From NCBI GenBank assembly GCA_024654485.1, contig JANLHO010000004.1:1-39118 (forward strand): a stretch of 39,118 nucleotides of DNA, read 5' to 3'. The translations under genes were made by a program, and so were the position numbers. Each line of letters starts with the position of its first letter. The stretch's first letter is position 1. The notes beneath the pieces were generated by a model, which saw only the letters and a program-made list of their open reading frames with translations, was not told where the DNA came from and searched no databases. Shown here one piece after another: positions 19,416-30,597 of the stretch. The DNA comes from Patescibacteria group bacterium (GTDB taxonomy: Bacteria > Patescibacteriota > Minisyncoccia > Phycocordibacterales > UBA2100).

Positions 19416-20069
19416 TCAGTACCAAGTCGCCTCGCCGTCCCCTGTGAGCGGAATTGTCGGTCCGAGGTATTTCGGCTCGCGACGCATAACGACATCAAAA
19501 AGCGCCTTTAGCGAGGCGGGTACTTCTCGTGCATAATCGCGCACGGAGCCGGAGCCGGAGCCGGACGATGCGACTCCTACGGCATCCAGCCCTAAGCGTC
19601 GCGCTATCCAAAGCGCGCGCGGCAGGTGGAAATCCTGCGTGACTATCACTACCGAGCTCGCCTCAAAAACCTCGTGCGCGCGGAACATGCTGCTGTATGT
19701 ATCAAAACCGGCATGATCCAGAAAAATATCTCCTGCGTGAATTCCCGCATCAAGCAGATACTTGCGAACCGGCGTAACCTCATCATGTGACAGAGCGCCG
19801 TTGTCGCCGGTGACGAGTATTTTCTTCACCTTGCCTGTCAGATAAAGCGCGATGGCGGTATCCGCGCGCGCAGCGAGTACAGGAGACGGCGCGCCTTTGA
19901 CCACTGATGCACCGAGTACTATCGCCGCTTGACTAGGAGGCACATCGCTCTGTGAGTAGACGTGCGCGCTCGTCGTCTCCCGCATGGATATCGGGATCAG
20001 GAAGCACGCGACCACTCCCGCGAGGACAAGAGCCAGAAGCTGCACCGGGCGCACCGACTTCACAGGCAT
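19416..20069 (-). CDS. SanA/ElyC/YdcF (DUF218) family protein
   Basis: IVLGA, LVTGDN, DHAGFDTYSS, TQDFHLPRA, RE. Confidence 0.9.
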   Translation of the reverse strand: MPVKSVRPVQLLALVLAGVVACFLIPISMRETTSAHVYSQSDVPPSQAAIVLGASVVKGAPSPVLAARADTAIALYLTGKVKKILVTGDNGALSHDEVTPVRKYLLDAGIHAGDIFLDHAGFDTYSSMFRAHEVFEASSVVIVTQDFHLPRALWIARRLGLDAVGVASSGSGSGSVRDYAREVPASLKALFDVVMRREPKYLGPTIPLTGDGEATWY

Positions 20070-20111
20070 ACACCCACATTATGCATCAGTGCGGCCCTCT
20101 AGAGTAGCGGG

Positions 20112-21818
20112 TTATTGCACCAGGAATGGCAGTGTTCCCGATGTTCCGTTCTGATTTTGCACCGAGACATTGTACTGTCCCGGGGTCACCTGCTGCACAT
20201 ATTGGGCGCAGTACATGTTGGGTGCGCAATAAGGCGAGAGATACTGCGGCACGGTGAATGTAAGCGTGGTGCCGTTGGGAGAGTAGACATTCGTTATAGC
20301 GCCGGAGCCGAAGAGGACGGTGTTGGCGTATGTGAATCCGGAGCCATAGACGGTGATTTGTGTCCCGACGGGTCCTGTGGTCGGCGTGAGCGAACTTATC
20401 GTGAGGGGACCCTGCGTACTTTGGCTGCTCACGGATACGGTCGCCGTAGCGCTGTTTGACTGACCGGAAGTATTTCTGACGGTGAAGCTGACGGTGCGCG
20501 TCCCGGCTGAGTAGTAGGTGTGCGTGAATGTAAGTGTCGTCTGACCCGTCACGTATGCAGCCTGAGGCTGCGCGGCCGCGTAGCCGTATTCTCCTTCATC
20601 ACCCCACGTTACGGATGTCGTAAGATATGTGCCTGATGGATTATTCACGGTTATGGTCCATGTCCCCTGCACGCCCGCCTGAAGAGTGGTAGGGCCGTTG
20701 ATGCCCGTTATGGTGGGCGCGATAGCGGAGGTGCCGAGCGAGGTTACCGTAAACGGCATGCTATTGGTGGAGAATCCCGCCGAATTGGTTACATACACCT
20801 GATACGCACCCATAGTAACGACCTGCGAGCCGAAGCCCGTAATCGTGCTTGGCACGGTGAACGAGACCGACTGGCCGTCTATTGAGGACAAGTTGGCGAT
20901 GATGCCGTTGCCGAAATGCACTGTGTTGCCCGATGTGGTGAAGCCGGAGCCAAAGACCGTCACTGACGCACCGACCCCTCCCTGCGAGGGGTTAAGGTAC
21001 GTGAGCACTGGCGCTTGGATATTGCTGTAAGGAGGCTGGTACTGGGGACAGTTGGAGTTGAAGTAGCCGTACTGGTATCCCTGACATCCGTATCCGCCGT
21101 ACGGCATCATTATCGTGAAGGTAAGCGCGTTACTCGTACCACGCGCGTTGGTGACCGTTATATTAACGGTCTGGCTATAGCCGTATGAGTAGTACTGCGG
21201 GACCGTGAATGTAAGCGACGTCCCGCTCTGCGAAGGAATGCCTGAGAGCGTCTGATTGCCGAAGTTGACGGTATTGCCCACCTGACCGAACCCGGTACCG
21301 TAGAGCGTTATCGACTGGCCGGGTGCGCCGGTATTTTGCGACATGGAAGTGAGCGCGAGCGCTCCGGTGCCGTAAGAATACGGATAGTTGAAGCTGTAAT
21401 TGTAGTTGTAAGGATAGCTCAGGTACGGATAGTTTTGCGTGTAGTACTGCGAACTCTGACCGGTGTAACTTTGTCCGCCACAACTGACGCGGGAGATGGC
21501 CGCGCGTGTCGCCGAATCAGCGACGCCGGTCTGCGGAAGTCCCTGCACTTGCTGGAAATTGCGTACTGCGGCCAAGGTCGCCGAACCGAAATATCCGGTT
21601 ATCATCCAACTCCCGCCGCCCGGGAAATTCTGACTGACCAGAAAGGTCTGGAGCTGCGAGACGTCACTGGCACGCGAACCGTACGAGAGATCTCTTGATA
21701 GGTTGACGCAAGTTCCGTATGAGCCTGTATACGTATACGGATAATACGTCTGCGCATACGAAACGGCTGCGCCGAAAAGGGTCAGCGCGGCAAGTCCTGA
21801 AACAAGTATTTTATTCAT
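20112..21818 (-). CDS. Secreted surface protein: PG-binding domain, IPT/TIG repeats, PKD-like domain
   Basis: Signal peptide MNKIL; DVSQLQTFL...TGYFGSAT..AVRNFQ; three G..(I/V)T.(Y/F)G.GF...NTV.FG repeats; WGD...HTY; Tyr-rich linkers. Confidence 0.8.
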   Translation of the reverse strand: MNKILVSGLAALTLFGAAVSYAQTYYPYTYTGSYGTCVNLSRDLSYGSRASDVSQLQTFLVSQNFPGGGSWMITGYFGSATLAAVRNFQQVQGLPQTGVADSATRAAISRVSCGGQSYTGQSSQYYTQNYPYLSYPYNYNYSFNYPYSYGTGALALTSMSQNTGAPGQSITLYGTGFGQVGNTVNFGNQTLSGIPSQSGTSLTFTVPQYYSYGYSQTVNITVTNARGTSNALTFTIMMPYGGYGCQGYQYGYFNSNCPQYQPPYSNIQAPVLTYLNPSQGGVGASVTVFGSGFTTSGNTVHFGNGIIANLSSIDGQSVSFTVPSTITGFGSQVVTMGAYQVYVTNSAGFSTNSMPFTVTSLGTSAIAPTITGINGPTTLQAGVQGTWTITVNNPSGTYLTTSVTWGDEGEYGYAAAQPQAAYVTGQTTLTFTHTYYSAGTRTVSFTVRNTSGQSNSATATVSVSSQSTQGPLTISSLTPTTGPVGTQITVYGSGFTYANTVLFGSGAITNVYSPNGTTLTFTVPQYLSPYCAPNMYCAQYVQQVTPGQYNVSVQNQNGTSGTLPFLVQ

Positions 21819-22053
21819 ACGCGAGTGGCTAAAATACGGCTTTAAGCCAGTATTTATTGCTAAATAAATGCACGTCTGCCGCAACTATAGTGGCTGGCGA
21901 GCGGAATCGCAAGCATCGGCCTATGCTTATGATCCGCGAGCGACGACACTATGTGAGCGCAACGATTATGCAACAAACCTCATTTTTATGCAATAGTTTG
22001 CGTTTACCGCGAAATCCTCCCAAAAATATAAAGGACGGTCCTTTATCTTCTGA

Positions 22054-22761
22054 TTACGGACGTTTATCCGAAGCCGGTTCGCCGGAAAGTACGCGGCCGT
22101 CGTCTATGCGTACTATGCGCTCCGTCATGGCGCCGTATTCTTCCTCGTGAGTGACCATGACTATCGTCTGCCCGTCACTGTGAAGCTCCCGAAATATCCC
22201 CATGATCACGTCCGACGATTCGTGGTCCAGATTTGCCGTCGGCTCGTCGGCAAAGAGTATCTCCGGCCTCTCGGCGATGGCGCGCGCTATAGACACGCGC
22301 TGCTGTTCTCCGCCGGAGAGCGCACTCGGAAGATTCCCGAGGCGCGCAGAGAGTCCCACTCTTCCAAGCGCCGACTTCGCACGCTCTCTGGCGGCATCGT
22401 ACGAAAAGCGCTTCATAAGCAAGGGCAGGACAACGTTCTCAAGAGCGGTCAGCTCCGGCATGAGCGCGTATTCCTGGAAAACGAAGCCGAATTCGTAGAG
22501 ACGCATGCGCATTTTTTCGCGTTCCGTGAGGGTGTGCGCTTCACGTCCGTCTATATATATCTCGCCGGAGGTCGGCTCGTCCAAAAGGCTCATCTGATAG
22601 AGAAGCGTGGATTTGCCCGCGCCGGAGCGCCCCATTATGGAGACCCACTCTCCATTGGCGACATGGAAATCAATGCCCTTCAAGACCGGTGTCACGACCG
22701 TGCCGGTTTTGAACGTCTTTTCAAGATCGCGCGTCTCCAGCATGTAGTTAGTTTCGCTCAT
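22054..22761 (-). CDS. ABC transporter ATP-binding protein (MacB/LolD type)
   Basis: GRSGAGKS, LSGGEQQR, FADEPTANLD, VTH. Confidence 0.93.
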   Translation of the reverse strand: MSETNYMLETRDLEKTFKTGTVVTPVLKGIDFHVANGEWVSIMGRSGAGKSTLLYQMSLLDEPTSGEIYIDGREAHTLTEREKMRMRLYEFGFVFQEYALMPELTALENVVLPLLMKRFSYDAARERAKSALGRVGLSARLGNLPSALSGGEQQRVSIARAIAERPEILFADEPTANLDHESSDVIMGIFRELHSDGQTIVMVTHEEEYGAMTERIVRIDDGRVLSGEPASDKRP

Positions 22762-22771
22762 AACATGTTCT

Positions 22772-24034
22772 TCAGTTCCTTCCGAGGATTGAGTCTAGCG
22801 TGTTCTTGCGGACGATCATGCGCGCCGGAATGTAGCCCGCGATGACGGTCGCGAGCGCCAGAAGCGCCACGCGCAGCATCGTACCCGGCAGCGGTGCGAC
22901 GATTATGGCGTTGCTTATCGGAAGAACTATTGGGTGCGCGGAAACGTATGGCACGAGAAAGCCGTAAAGGACTAGGAGTCCTACCGTCACTCCTATCATC
23001 GCGTAGAAGAGAGACTGGAACATATAAGATATCTCTATCGCCTCCCCTGAAATACCGATGCCCTTGAGTATGCCGATGAATTTGCGTCGGGTGACGGCGT
23101 TGATGAATATAACGATGAATATAGTGATGGATGCGACGACGAGGCCGACGGAGCTTATGGCGTTGCCTATCTGGGCAAATGTGCTGCGAACCTCCTCCAC
23201 TCCGTTGGGTATGGCTTCTGAAAAAGTCTGAACGGTGGCCACGCGCCCGACGCCGCTATTTGTAAGAAGGTCTCGGAATGCTATCGGGTCATATCCCTCC
23301 TTCAGCCGTATCGCTATCTGGTTGACGTTGTAATCGTTGCGTCCCATCAATTCCCTGACTTCCTTTTCCGGCATGTACACGCCTGTCGCCAGGGGCGAGT
23401 TGGCTGTCGTGACGATTATCCCCTTTATCGTCACTTCGCGCGTGACACCGCCTATAGTGATACGGACTTTGCTTCCGGGATAGACATCGCGCAGTGGCGT
23501 GAGCCCCGGAACGTCGCCTCCGAAGGAGTAGCGGTCTATAAGTTGCGAGCCGATCAGTATCTCGTCGTAATCCGACGGCTCAAGGTATTGTCCTTCTCCT
23601 ACGAAAGAGGCGAGGTTGGAAAACTCATTCTCCGCAACCGGATCCACGCCGAATACGTTGGCGCCCGTGGAATTGGCTTTTTCATTCTGGTCCGTCCTGG
23701 TCTTGTAGTTTGCCTCTATGGTCGCGCCGGAAGCATAGCGCGCGGAAATGCGGTCTACCTGCGGCAAGCCCCGTATAAAAGCGATGATGTTCTGGCTGTT
23801 CTCTATGTAATTCTGCGTCTTCGGAGTTGATACGATTACGTCGCCGGTCTGCTGCTCGCGATACAGTTTGGATATGCCGTCCACTATGCCGACCAGCATT
23901 CCTGTCACGACGACAAGATTGAGGAAGGTCAGGAGCATTACGAAAACGATGAGGCCCGTGGTCCATATGCTGGAGCGGCGTATCTGCCTCTGCGCAAGAT
24001 ACCAACCTACGCGGATATCCAGTGGAGACATCAT
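22772..24034 (-). CDS. ABC transporter permease (MacB/FtsX type)
   Basis: TM, large extracytoplasmic loop, 3 TM; RRKFIGILKGIG; PAR.. Confidence 0.88.
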   Translation of the reverse strand: MMSPLDIRVGWYLAQRQIRRSSIWTTGLIVFVMLLTFLNLVVVTGMLVGIVDGISKLYREQQTGDVIVSTPKTQNYIENSQNIIAFIRGLPQVDRISARYASGATIEANYKTRTDQNEKANSTGANVFGVDPVAENEFSNLASFVGEGQYLEPSDYDEILIGSQLIDRYSFGGDVPGLTPLRDVYPGSKVRITIGGVTREVTIKGIIVTTANSPLATGVYMPEKEVRELMGRNDYNVNQIAIRLKEGYDPIAFRDLLTNSGVGRVATVQTFSEAIPNGVEEVRSTFAQIGNAISSVGLVVASITIFIVIFINAVTRRKFIGILKGIGISGEAIEISYMFQSLFYAMIGVTVGLLVLYGFLVPYVSAHPIVLPISNAIIVAPLPGTMLRVALLALATVIAGYIPARMIVRKNTLDSILGRN

Positions 24035-24036
24035 GC

Positions 24037-25608
24037 CTACCTGGTGCTGTCGGGGTTGAGTAACACTACGTCTCCCGAGTTCAGGCCTGAAATTATCCTT
24101 ATATTCCCTATCGGCGAAGACTCGCCCGTCTCCACCGCGCGGTCTACGATAGCGTCTTCTTCCCGGACCTGCACGTAGGAAATACCGCTTTTCGTGAATA
24201 CGGCACCGCGCGGGACGCTTATCGTGTCGGGTATGTTCTGCGTCGTGATTATCACGTTGGCCGTCATTCCGGAGCGTATACGCGGGTCGGCTTTCGTGAA
24301 CTGCAGGGTCGTCTTGTAGGTGGAAACGCCGTTCACCGTCGTTTGCGCGGGGTCTATGGCTATGACGCGCGCGGTGAAGTATACGTCGGGGCCGTACGCG
24401 TCCAGAGTCGTTGAGGCGCTGTCTCCCAGCTCTATCTGTGCTATATCCACCTCCGGAATAAAACTCTCTATCTCAAAAACTCCGTTGCTTATCATGGATA
24501 CTACCGGCGTGTTGGGTGAGACTATCTGCCCCACTTTCGCGTCCATATTTGTGACAGTGCCGGAAAAAGGAGCGCGCAGGACCGTTTTCGCGAGCTGCAC
24601 GCGTGCGCTCTGGAGATCTGCACTCGCTGCAGCCACGCTTGCTTCTTGAGCCATAATGTCCTGCGCGCTCGCTCCCGCGCGCTTCAGGGCGAGCGCGGCC
24701 TCAAGCTGCTGCACCGTTATCTTCTGCGCCGCGATATTCTGAGCGGAAGTGTTCACGCTTGAGAGCGCGGCATTGACCGCCGTCGCGGCCGTTGTCACGC
24801 TGGCCTTCAAGGTATCGGTGGACGAGACACCCGGCGGAGTAGTGATGGCGTCTTGCGCCACGCGCGCCGCGACATTGAGGAAATCCTTGATACGGGCGAG
24901 GTGCAAGGACGCGCGTGCGAGAGCCGCATCAAGTGCCTCTGAGTCCGTCGTCGCGGTGAGCATGTATATGTCGCCGGCCCATGCATCCAGCTCTTTCCCC
25001 GCGTTATAACGTTTTGTTTTTATGTCCGTTACGGCCTGCGAGTCGGATGATGAAAAAGTCAGCTGAGGGTCGGTGTCCGCGTTGGAGAAGAAGGCCGTCA
25101 ACTGTGTTCGCACGGCATCATCCGCTTTCGTGTACGCGCTCGCGATCGTGTCAATCGCGCTAGCGTACATGTTGACAAGGTCCTGAGCCGCTTTCGCCGC
25201 TTGTGCTTCGGCCACCTGTATGTCTTCCGTACGCGCTCCGACCTTCAGCCCCTCCAGTTTGGCTTCCTGCATCGCAAGCGTGGCTTCTTTTTGCGCCACA
25301 CTCGCAGATAAGTCGCCGGATGAGAGCGACGCGAGAGGGGCTCCTGCTCCGACAACCTGCCCCACGGACGCGTGCACTGCGCTCACGCGCCCGCTCTGCT
25401 CAAAGCCTAGGTTCACCTCATGCGCGGCTTTGACGGCTCCGGCTATTGAAACCTGCTCCACGAAATCACCGGGCTGCACGACTATGACCGCTTCGGGCCC
25501 GCTCTGCCTCGCGGATACGAGCATCCACGCGCCCGACATCGCCACAAGGGCGACCGCAGTCCACACGACAACCCTCCTCGTCATGAATTTAGATAGGTAA
25601 TTTGTCAT
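24037..25608 (-). CDS. Efflux periplasmic adaptor (MacA/HlyD family) with long coiled coil
   Basis: SGRV..V..SVGQ.V..G, LRAPFSGTV, IRSGMTA, ISGLNSGD. Confidence 0.88.
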   Translation of the reverse strand: MTNYLSKFMTRRVVVWTAVALVAMSGAWMLVSARQSGPEAVIVVQPGDFVEQVSIAGAVKAAHEVNLGFEQSGRVSAVHASVGQVVGAGAPLASLSSGDLSASVAQKEATLAMQEAKLEGLKVGARTEDIQVAEAQAAKAAQDLVNMYASAIDTIASAYTKADDAVRTQLTAFFSNADTDPQLTFSSSDSQAVTDIKTKRYNAGKELDAWAGDIYMLTATTDSEALDAALARASLHLARIKDFLNVAARVAQDAITTPPGVSSTDTLKASVTTAATAVNAALSSVNTSAQNIAAQKITVQQLEAALALKRAGASAQDIMAQEASVAAASADLQSARVQLAKTVLRAPFSGTVTNMDAKVGQIVSPNTPVVSMISNGVFEIESFIPEVDIAQIELGDSASTTLDAYGPDVYFTARVIAIDPAQTTVNGVSTYKTTLQFTKADPRIRSGMTANVIITTQNIPDTISVPRGAVFTKSGISYVQVREEDAIVDRAVETGESSPIGNIRIISGLNSGDVVLLNPDSTR

Positions 25609-25663
25609 ACGGGAAAGTATAAAACACGGTTACTGTATCACGAGCAGCCGCTGTACAGAAGGC

Positions 25664-26287
25664 TCATTTCGGGACAGAGCCGACCGGGCGTATCTCCTTC
25701 CCCTTCACCTTCCCCTCTCCGTCTACCTCGTAGCAATAGACGTCGCCGAAACCTATCTCAAGCTTGTGGATATGCTCATCGGCTATCTCTTCAAGATGCT
25801 TCACGAGGGCGCGGAGCGAATTGCCATGTGCGACGACGAGCGCGTTGTGTCCGGAGATGAGATCGGGGCGGATGTGTCCCTCAAAATACGGGACAACGCG
25901 CGCGTGCACGTCTTTAAGATTCTCTCCTCCCATGACCACCGCATCCCACCCGCGGCGGATGTTGTGAAATTCCTCCTCGCCTACCTCGTCGCGCACCTGC
26001 CACTTGTTCTTGCCGGCATGCACGCCGTAGTCGCGCTCGTTGAGCGCGTGATGCGCCTTGTGCTCCACTACGAGCCCCAAGACCTCCCGTATCTCATGAA
26101 GGGTCTGGTGCGCGCGCTTCAGGGCCGATACGTGGATTTTGTGGATGGGGATGTCGCGTATGGCTTCCCCCGCGCGGCGCGCGTCTTCCTTACCCTCCGG
26201 CGCCAAATCCACGTCCGTAAGCCCCGTCCAGAGGCCTAGCTTGTTGTACTCGGAAGTGCCGTGCCTTATGAGGACAAGATAGGCCAT
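25664..26287 (-). CDS. gpmA: 2,3-BPG-dependent phosphoglycerate mutase
   Basis: LIRHG.S.YN, LNERDYG, AHGNSLRAL. Confidence 0.93.
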   Translation of the reverse strand: MAYLVLIRHGTSEYNKLGLWTGLTDVDLAPEGKEDARRAGEAIRDIPIHKIHVSALKRAHQTLHEIREVLGLVVEHKAHHALNERDYGVHAGKNKWQVRDEVGEEEFHNIRRGWDAVVMGGENLKDVHARVVPYFEGHIRPDLISGHNALVVAHGNSLRALVKHLEEIADEHIHKLEIGFGDVYCYEVDGEGKVKGKEIRPVGSVPK

Positions 26288-26289
26288 GT

Positions 26290-27657
<1,368 letters not shown>

Positions 27658-27684
27658 TTATTTTTTTCAGGCAGGTTCTATATA

Positions 27685-28338
27685 TCATAGCGTATTTTTG
27701 CTGTCGCCCAGAAGCGATATAACCTGCGCATCGGTGAGTTGCGGGAAATCTATGTAGTGCGCGCCGACCGCCCCCAAAAAGTTCTCCGGCGGCTCCAGTA
27801 CGACCACTTCCGCGCCCTCGGATTCAAGGGCCGAAACCGCATCAAGTGGCGCGACGGGCACAGCCGCGACGACCTTGGCGGCTCCCTGCTTTTTTGCGCG
27901 GCGAACGGCAAGACGCATGGTGTGGCCCGTCGCAATTCCATCGTCCACGATGATAGCCACCTTGCCGCGGAGCGCTAAGGGGGCGCGATGACCCCTGTAT
28001 AGAGCGAGGCGTCTTTTCGCCTCCTCTTTTTGCTCCGCCGCCTCCCGCTCTATCCATGCGGGGTCTACTGATGCGGCGTCCGCCTCGTTGAGAAAGCGCT
28101 CGCCCGTCTCGTCCACGGCGCCGAGCGCGTACTCCGGCGCTCCCGGGTGCCCTATCTTGCGGACCGCGATTATGTCCAGAGGAAGACCGAGTGCACGCGC
28201 GACTTCCGCCGCGACCGCGACACCGCCGCGCGGCAATCCGACAACGACCGCATCCTTCCCTCCTGCCCGAGCAGGCAGGCGATACGCCAAGAGCGCTTCG
28301 GCGAGCCGCCTTCCGGCATCGCGCCTATTCTCAAACAT
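27685..28338 (-). CDS. Type I phosphoribosyltransferase family protein
   Basis: F.NR.DAG, GLPRGG, RKIG.P, IVDDGIATG, AVG..Y.DF.Q. Confidence 0.9.
   Translation of the reverse strand: MFENRRDAGRRLAEALLAYRLPARAGGKDAVVVGLPRGGVAVAAEVARALGLPLDIIAVRKIGHPGAPEYALGAVDETGERFLNEADAASVDPAWIEREAAEQKEEAKRRLALYRGHRAPLALRGKVAIIVDDGIATGHTMRLAVRRAKKQGAAKVVAAVPVAPLDAVSALESEGAEVVVLEPPENFLGAVGAHYIDFPQLTDAQVISLLGDSKNTL
28262..28279. repeat. 18-bp palindromic repeat (type C) inside the PRTase
   Basis: CCTGCC-CGAGCA-GGCAGG; adds LPARAG; resembles 39059-39077. Confidence 0.7.
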
Positions 28339-28396
28339 GTCCTAATTATAGCGCGCGTCGCGTGAATCAGAGAAAGAAGGGGATTAGAGAAAAATA

Positions 28397-28416
28397 GTAT
28401 ATACCATGGTATATAC
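28397..28416. repeat. Perfect 20-bp AT-rich palindrome
   Basis: GTATATACCATGGTATATAC in the intergenic region. Confidence 0.8.
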
Positions 28417-28465
28417 CATAGTATGTACTACATCAGCGCGTACCTCGGCCCTGACGCACGCTGCG

Positions 28466-29320
28466 CTATTTGGCCTGATGGATGGTGCGCTGGGGGAAAG
28501 GTATCTCTATCCCCTCTTTATCAAAAGCTATCTTGAGCCGCTTGCGAAGCTCGCCCGTCACCGCCCATTGCTGAAGCGGCTTGGTGTCGCCGAGTATTTT
28601 TATCATGACGGCGGAGTCGGCGAAATCATTGACGCGAGAAAATTGCGGCGCCTCTATTATGTGCTCCTTCCATTCCTTGTCTTGCGCAAGCTCATGCCCT
28701 ACGCGGTTGACGCACGCTATGACGCGCTCAAGGTCGGATGAATATGAGACGCCGACGTCCAGATTTATGCGTGCGAATTCTTTGGAGAGATTGGATACTC
28801 TCTGCACGGTGCCGTGCGGTACATGATGCACGGTGCCGTCCAGATCTCGCAAGGTCGCCATGCGTACGGATACGTCCTCCACCAGCCCGCACGTTGAATC
28901 AAGACAGACTACATCGCCCACGCGGTACTGGTTTTCTATTATTATGAAGAATCCGGCCAGCAGGTCGCGGATGAGGTACTGGCCGCCAAATCCTATCGCG
29001 AGTCCGGCAACTCCCGCCGCCGCAAGCAATGGGCCTATATTTATACCCGCCTCCGACAGGACCATGAGGGCCGCGACCAGCCAGATGCCTACGCGCGCGA
29101 TGCCGTGAGCTATTCTTATGAGCGTATCCTCGCGAAGTTTCTCCTCCTCGGGAGTGCCCTTTCGCACAGCCTTGCGTATAAGACGCTCCACGAAGGGGCC
29201 CTCAAGGGCGCGCACAAACACAGCAAAGACGACGATCGCAAGAATAGCTACGCCGTGCACGGCAAGCCACGAGACTATCGCGCTTGTAGCATCGGCGGTA
29301 CTGAAAACAATGTTGTTCAT
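28466..29320 (-). CDS. mscS: Small-conductance mechanosensitive channel
   Basis: AGVAGLAIGFGGQ..I.D..AG, GDVV, GLVE, GIEIPFPQ. Confidence 0.92.
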   Translation of the reverse strand: MNNIVFSTADATSAIVSWLAVHGVAILAIVVFAVFVRALEGPFVERLIRKAVRKGTPEEEKLREDTLIRIAHGIARVGIWLVAALMVLSEAGINIGPLLAAAGVAGLAIGFGGQYLIRDLLAGFFIIIENQYRVGDVVCLDSTCGLVEDVSVRMATLRDLDGTVHHVPHGTVQRVSNLSKEFARINLDVGVSYSSDLERVIACVNRVGHELAQDKEWKEHIIEAPQFSRVNDFADSAVMIKILGDTKPLQQWAVTGELRKRLKIAFDKEGIEIPFPQRTIHQAK

Positions 29321-29352
29321 ATCGTCATACCTTACCCTCTACCTGTCGCAAA

Positions 29353-29383
29353 CGCAAAACCCCGCACATTGCGGGGTCTTGCG
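29353..29383. terminator. Stem-loop after the acidic peptide gene
   Basis: CGCAAAACCCCGCA-CAT-TGCGGGGTCTTGCG. Confidence 0.6.
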
Positions 29384-29416
29384 CGTATCTCGCCGGACAT
29401 TTGCCCGACGTGAGTA

Positions 29417-29527
29417 CTATTGTGCTGGCTGTTCCGGAGCTGCCGGAGCTTCCGGAGCTTCCGGCATCGGTGCCTGCGCCGGGTCCTGTGCAGGAGCGCC
29501 CGCAGGGTTCATTTCGTCGTTCATCAT
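29417..29527 (-). CDS. 36-aa Pro/Ala-rich acidic peptide
   Basis: MMNDEMNPAGAPAQDPAQAPMPEAPEAPAAPEQPAQ; A-rich upstream region, own -10 box and terminator. Confidence 0.55.
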   Translation of the reverse strand: MMNDEMNPAGAPAQDPAQAPMPEAPEAPAAPEQPAQ

Positions 29528-29676
29528 ATGTGTTTTGGAGTTCTGATTAGCTTGCAATGAAGCGGCGCCGTAACCTCGACATGCGCACCTCTCATGGAGC
29601 GCGGCTAGACTACCGTAGATGTGAGTATACCACAAAAGGGCTGAAAATGAGACTTATTCCCATGTGTGCGACGATC

Positions 29677-30279
29677 CTATCGTGCGGGCCTCTGGTGCGA
29701 CACGGCGCCGGACTGCCATTCCTCTATCGCTGGTATGGGCGCGACGAAATTGAGCACATTTAGCGTCAGGTTGTCGCGTATCAGGAAGCCCGTGAAAAGC
29801 TCCATCGCGATAGCTATGGCTACGATGTACCTCGCGCGCACGCGCGAGGCGAAGAGAAATCCGACGAGCATCATCAGGGTATCGGAAAGCGAATTTATTA
29901 TACTGTCGCCCGTGTAGCCTTGCGCAAGCGCCTGCTGCCTATATGCATCAATGACCATGGGAGTATTCTCAAACACCTCCCAGCCAGCCTCTATGCCGAG
30001 CGCGAGCAAAAGCCGCGCCCCCAATGGAAGCCGAGGGAAGAGCTTACCCACGAACCAGTAGAAAACAAAACCGTGTATTATGTGCGAGAAGCTGTACCAA
30101 TCCAGAAGCTGCTGCGAATTTTCAGGGCTCAATACCTCTCCCGCCCACAGCGACACATAACCGCAGGCGCACGCAAGGGGTTGCCCGAGCCAATACAAGA
30201 CGGCTCCCTGCACCGCGAAAATGCCGGCGACTGCTGCGACCCAGAGCCATATATTGTTGCGCAGCAAGATTTCAGGCAT
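29677..30279 (-). CDS. DUF2585/UPF0314-like membrane protein
   Basis: CACG.V.LW.G......NSQ...DWYSFSHIIHG, WE..ENTP..I..YR, GDSIINS. Confidence 0.85.
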   Translation of the reverse strand: MPEILLRNNIWLWVAAVAGIFAVQGAVLYWLGQPLACACGYVSLWAGEVLSPENSQQLLDWYSFSHIIHGFVFYWFVGKLFPRLPLGARLLLALGIEAGWEVFENTPMVIDAYRQQALAQGYTGDSIINSLSDTLMMLVGFLFASRVRARYIVAIAIAMELFTGFLIRDNLTLNVLNFVAPIPAIEEWQSGAVSHQRPAR

Positions 30280-30301
30280 TACGCACAGTGTATCGCAATC
30301 T

Positions 30302-30595
30302 CTACGAGAGCATCTGCTTGGACTGCTCTTCTATCATCTTCTTTATGCGGCCCTCAAACACTCGCATCATGAGAGGAAGCTTGAGAGTAATATCGTACTG
30401 CGCATCAGACACCGCTACAGAGCCGCTTATGCCTTGGCCCTCTATTGCGCAAGCGAAGTGCAGGGTGTCGCCCTCCCAGCGCTCTTCTTCTATCGTAGCC
30501 TTGTCGGCAAGCTTGGTACGCGCGTCATCAAGCATCTTTTTCACGCGCGCTACCGCCTCATCTTTTGAGAATTTGTGCGGGACCTTGAGCTCCAT
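30302..30595 (-). CDS. Polyhydroxyalkanoic acid system family-like protein
   Basis: VPH..SKDEA, W.GD.L.F, ISG...V, LP..M..F. Confidence 0.7.
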   Translation of the reverse strand: MELKVPHKFSKDEAVARVKKMLDDARTKLADKATIEEERWEGDTLHFACAIEGQGISGSVAVSDAQYDITLKLPLMMRVFEGRIKKMIEEQSKQMLS

Positions 30596-30597
30596 GC

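Noticed and set aside
19544..19566. GGAGCC tandem repeat in the SanA-family gene
   Set aside because: A simple GSGSGS linker microsatellite that stays in frame.
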